Shown here one piece after another: positions 7,353 through 11,706 of a DNA stretch of 11,706 bases. A model generated the notes under the pieces. It was not told the DNA's origin, did not search any database, and saw only the letters and a list, made by a program, of their open reading frames with translations. The first letter of the stretch is position 1. Each line of letters begins with the position of its first letter. Source of the stretch: Chlorokybus atmophyticus (lineage: Eukaryota; Plantae; Mesostigma and Chlorokybus algae); the NCBI GenBank assembly GCA_009103225.1, contig RHPI01003407.1, forward strand, positions 1 to 11,706. Direction: 5' to 3'. The position numbers and the translations under genes are program-made.

Positions 7353-8731
7353 TTTGACATTACGAGCAACCAAGTCGGCGTAGCCCTTAATGGTGCCGGT
7401 GCTCAGTTGCCCTTTGCCATCTACACGCGTCATCATGATGCTAAGTATCCAGTTTTGCAGCAGATCTCGCAATTGCATTTGCTCATCATCGAACGCACCG
7501 CTGCGAATAAGATGCTCGAGCATGCCGTTGCGGTTGTATGTAGCAAAAGCTGCAACAAAGGCATAGCGTGAGTGCTGCACAACTTCAGGCACAAACACAA
7601 GCAGCCCTTACTCGTTGAGCTGACGCAGAGCGCTTTTGGTGGCGCGCATGGTGTTAGCATTCTTCAATAGCTGATGATTCTTCAAGAGAGGGGTGAAGAA
7701 GTCAGCAAGGGTGCAGCAACGGAGCGCTCCTCCTTGAGAGGCACAGCTGGAGCTGACGCAGCATGCTTTTGTGAATGGTTGTGCATTTGCGACATCATGA
7801 AGAGGAGGTCAAGAAGGAAAGAGAGCTCGAGGAGCAAGGCTAGCTTGCCAAATGATAAGAGCAGACACAGCGCGTGCAATATGCATGCAAACATAAAGTA
7901 CTTAGATCATAATATCAAGTTGATAATATGCAATAACTGAACGGATACCTGAGGGGGGGCAGGAGGAGGATTATGTGTGGGAGGATGTGCAGCAAAAGCT
8001 TGTGTGCAAGCTAGAACTTCAGTAGTCTTCTCAGCCTCAGACAGGAAGATAGCTGACGAGGATCCAACTCCAACTCAGCTGGACTGAGGCTGATGAAGTT
8101 GGGCTTGTGGATAGTAATGCCTGTACTGTTCTTGGCCACAAACATGCTGCTCGATGTTAGATGCACTAGCGCAATTATTAGCACCATCATTGTCACCAAG
8201 CTCTGCCTGCAACCGTTTGCACTGTCTTGTGGTAAGATCGTCGGGGGAAGTACGCTAAACATGAGCAGGCAATGATAACAAAACCACGATAACTACCTCC
8301 AAGAAGTCTTCGGCCCAATGTTTGGCACGAAAAGCAGTGGCAGGAACATATAGGCACTGCGAGTCGAACTGCTCAGCTCCGCTGGAAGAATGAGCAACTT
8401 GCCATGCTTTAAAGCTTGTGTACATGCTGCCAACTTCGGAGTTGGACATCGATTGCTCTTAAATACAATGTTGATAAAGTCACCATGTTGGCAAGCAACA
8501 TGCGCAGCATTGAATACATGCACATGTATGCATGAAATGCAGTTTGTGCTTTGTACGTATGCAATGCAGAGGCAACTATTAGAGGCAAGATTAGCATGTC
8601 ATGGAAACATACCTTGCAGGGAAGAACATTGGCAAAACAGGATCAATGTAGCTGTACACAACACAATGACATGCATGGGTAAATACAATTGACAATAGTA
8701 TACTAATGTATGTGACTAAAATTGGCGCCAT
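7353..8731 (-). pseudogene. Multi-exon pseudogene; 3' exons resemble the core-binding domain of a Crypton/DUF3504-type tyrosine recombinase
   Basis: GT-AG-bounded candidate exons 8651-8613, 8457-8297, 8254-7949 (306 nt, one in-frame TGA at 8075), about 7850-7612 (TGA at 7809) and 7549-7353 (ends at a GTAAGT donor). Peptides KNANTMRATKSALRQLN and LRDLLQNWILSIMMTRVDGKGQLSTGTIKGYADLVARNVK. Candidate ATG at 8731 in the context gcagcaATGg. Some exon phases do not join cleanly, and no catalytic residues are in the window. Confidence 0.45.
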
Positions 8732-9094
8732 TGCTGCCACTGAAGACTTGTTAGATTGGAGGCAAATGAGGGTGGGAGAAGGTGCTCTCAACCCTGCCTC
8801 CGCCCCACCCCTTGCCTCGCCGCCCCCAAAAAAACATGAAGCACTTTGACGATCAGGCAGTTACTATGGCGCCAACATGGACCCGCCGCGGCCGCCAGTG
8901 TCATGTGCACCGACCCCCGTTGTGGCCATTGCACCAAAAGCACCAAAACTCCACCGCTAGGGTGTTGTGGCTCGCTCACGGCGCCCGCCATCGCCATGCG
9001 CAGCAACCCCACCGACGCCATTGCACCCAAAAACATTTAGAAATTAGAAAATTATCGCTGGGGTTTGTCTCTCGCCCGCCAGTCGCCTTCAAAT

Positions 9095-9492
9095 TATAAG
9101 ATATTATACTCACCCTCTCACTCCACGGCAATAGTGCGGTCTCGCCTTCCGGCTCAACCGCGATATGAGCCGTGTCGCTAGAGGGCTCATACTGTATCTA
9201 GTACATAAACAAATAATGATGATGACTACATACTTACACAGTCACCGTAAGTCAATGCTAGTGAATGCTATAATGCATGATTGCTAAATGCATGAATGCA
9301 TGATTGCATGCCACTCTGGCCACTTAGCACCCGATACTCATGTCATCTAGTATCATGATGGTTAATGTGGCATAGGCTAAGAAGGGCTTATAAAGCACTG
9401 ATAAGCAATACACAACCTCATGTTAGCGACTTTTGCTACCATGGCCTAATCGGCTAAGCCCCGCGTTACATCTAGCATATTCGTGGCTTACA
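9095..9492 (+). repeat. LTR-like segment D (about 398 bp)
   Basis: T(A)TAAG...CTTACA termini (TGTAAG with one G>A), followed by the degenerate Met PBS ATGCATCAGAGCG. Shares the 12-mer CGATATGAGCCG with the sense strand of LTR A. The start position is uncertain. Confidence 0.5.
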
Positions 9493-9504
9493 ATGCATCA
9501 GAGC
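9493..9504 (+). promoter_or_regulatory. Degenerate tRNA-iMet primer-binding site
   Basis: cttaca|aTG-CATCAGAGCg compared with TGGTATCAGAGC; the arrangement matches LTR A (cttaca|tTGGTATCGGAGCg). Confidence 0.55.
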
Positions 9505-9818
9505 GTGATAATGCCGTAACCGTTGCACGTTGTGGCAGCGATATACGCTTATTCAATACAAGTTGTCGATTGCAACAGGTTGTTCTGGCTTGATTGTAAT
9601 AGCGCAAGACCTCATACCAAGCGCTGGCAATGGCGGCGGCCTCGGCATTGGCATTGCACTTCGTACCACATCCGCTTACTAACCATATGCGTGCCTGCTG
9701 CTGCCTGTCGTTGTTGTCGCTGTCTAATTTTGATCCCCGCCTACACAGTTAACCTATATATAGCACATGTGCTACATGCCTATTACTTGCTCTGCCCATG
9801 CCGGCAGTCCTTGCCTGT

Positions 9819-9995
9819 CTGCTCTACTTGCCTCACCGGTCCTTGCACATGGGACCAGCCGCTTTAGAATTTGTGTGCAAAATTTCTTGGGCTTGGGCTT
9901 GCCTGCTCTACTTCCTCACCGGTCCTTGCACAGAACTAGCCGCTTTAGCATTTGTGCTTTAGTATTGGTGTGCAATTGTCTTGGTCTTGGGCTTG
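9819..9995. repeat. Imperfect tandem duplication with 84-bp period
   Basis: ctgctctactt(g)cctcaccggtccttgcac...agccgctttag...cttgggctt starts at both 9819 and 9903; the second copy has a short insertion. Confidence 0.85.
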
Positions 9996-10824
9996 TAATG
10001 TTATGGCTTGTGTGTGCGTGCCGCTGCTGTGGTGACTAGGTGCCCATCTATTTTCAATTTGCTTGCCTGTCTGCCTTCGCCATTGCCCTGCATGCACTTA
10101 GCTAGCGGCACACAGGTAGGCTAGTTGCCTTTGCTTGTTACAATTGATTGCGTGCTGCCTTATGCGCTTGTGCTTGCTCATGCTGTTGTGTACAAAAGAT
10201 GCAAGGCGGGTCTCAGCATGATGCATGGCATGCATGCAAGTCACGCCGCATTCATGAGATACATGCAGTCAGCACACCATTACTCTTACATACAACACCA
10301 CCGGACTACATGCTAAGCTACTGCTAGTCACTAAGTACAACACTAACTATGCACCTACCTCGTTAGACATGCATGCATGGCAGTTCACACGGTTGTTACC
10401 TGCACGCATGTGTTGTTGTATGTGCTGATGCGTGCTCCACTGAATCAGCCGCACTTGGTTCTGTGCTTGCGTGAATGGAAAGGCTGTAGGTGTCATCGCT
10501 GTCGTCGTTATTTTCGTGCATGCTGGCATGAGTTGTAGCCGCTGCCCTACACCTCACATTGCTCACCATACGCTCTACTTTACCACGCAACAGATACTAC
10601 CAAACGCTGCCAAGCCTGCCTGCCATGCTTGCCTGTCCTGCCTTGCACAGCCAACTCCGCTAGCCTAGTTGAACTTGGGTTGCTTAAACTGGTTGTTGTA
10701 ACATGTGACTGCCTGCTGCTCGTATGTTGTGATATGCTATGCCTGCTTGCATTCTGGGCCCCGCTATTCTACCCTATGAATGGTGCATACATTGTGTGTT
10801 TCAATAGATTAGCTTAAAAGGGTA

Positions 10825-11670
10825 CTATACTAGCTTTAGAGGGTAGTCTCTAGCAAGCAACTTGTACACCAATATCGCCATGTCGAAGGAATGCACGGTG
10901 GTCACCCCTTTCACACGGTCAAAGTAGTGGTAAGGATACGGTGCAGAGTCATCATACGCATCGAAGCCGTACACGGTGATGGAATCACACATCTGAGACA
11001 TCATGGTGATGGCGACAAACCCACTCATGGCTTTGGAATGGTACTTCTTGCCCATGCTTTGCTCGAGCTCCTTCTTCATTGCCAGCCACAGCTGCTGCAT
11101 CCTTCCCACGAATGCTGGAGCCAAGAAGTTGATGGCCTGATCTGGAATTCGCCTAAGCATTGGGGAGAATATCGCCTGCATAAATTACAAGATGAACAAC
11201 GCATCTTGTGCTGAACAGCACGCACAGTGGTGAGGGCCATACTCTGCGGTTCACGTTGGATGCGATCTCAAAAAACACAATCGTTGACGCTGGCTTTCTC
11301 CACCTAACGCCGTCACGATTGCTGCCTCCACTTTTCAACAAGCGCTTCGCATTTTCACCTGCAGATGCATGATTAACACACTCTCCGCTCCATGCACGAA
11401 ATTGCGAATCCTTCAAGAAGACTGCCCTTACTCCAACACGGAACCTTAGTGAATCACCTACGGTTGCTGAAGTCAAAGGTTGTCTTGCTGCCGACGTGCT
11501 TCTCAAAACCAACAACTGGTGCGTAGTTTATCCTCAGAACTGCTTCATGCTCGTCAATGTCATGGCCCCTCTCCGCGTTCAGCAGCGCTCCAGAGTTTCC
11601 CACAATAGCGCAAGTGCGGTACCTCCGTTCGCGAGCCCAATCATGTCGTGGTAGTCGACTTACTATCACT
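10825..11670 (-). CDS. GT29 sialyltransferase-like glycosyltransferase, 3' exons (11670-11462, 11358-11243, 11175-10825); 5' part lies off the window
   Basis: Sialylmotif L (TCAIVGNSG...IDEHEAVLRINYAPVVGFEKHVGSKTTF), motif S (SGFVAITMMSQMCDSITVYGF), motif III (HYFD) and VS-like (HSFDMA). GT-AG introns of 103 nt and 67 nt join the exons in phase with no stops. Confidence 0.93.
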
Positions 11671-11706
11671 CTGCAGTCAGCCATAAGAAAGTGAACATTC
11701 TTACCC

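Noticed and set aside
8723-8738. TGGCGCCATTGC resembling a tRNA-Asp-type PBS
   Set aside because: Not preceded by an LTR-terminal CA; it overlaps the candidate start codon on the other strand.
9523-10817. Short Cys/Leu/Ala-rich ORFs on both strands
   Set aside because: Products of TGC/GCA-rich low-complexity DNA with no recognisable motif or consistent splice pattern.

Overview
Eukaryotic genomic DNA with spliceosomal introns, probably from a green alga or early streptophyte (inference). Most of the window is a nest of decayed mobile elements. (A) The 5' LTR (223-559), tRNA-iMet PBS and leader of an LTR retrotransposon that inserted into the RT of element B. (B) A decayed minus-strand Ty3/gypsy element (about 560-7007) with gag and two CCHC knuckles, a long coding spacer, aspartic protease, a DNMT3-like cytosine-methyltransferase C-terminal remnant (motifs IX-X) and RT. 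(C) An intron-containing pseudogene resembling the core-binding domain of a Crypton/DUF3504-type tyrosine recombinase (7353-8731, minus), cut off near element B. (D) A third LTR-like segment with a degenerate Met PBS and a non-coding leader (9095-10800, plus). The only intact host gene is the 3' part of a GT29 sialyltransferase-like gene (10825-11670, minus). The decayed elements carry many apparent C:G to T:A changes. All protein assignments come from motif recognition by eye, not from database searches.
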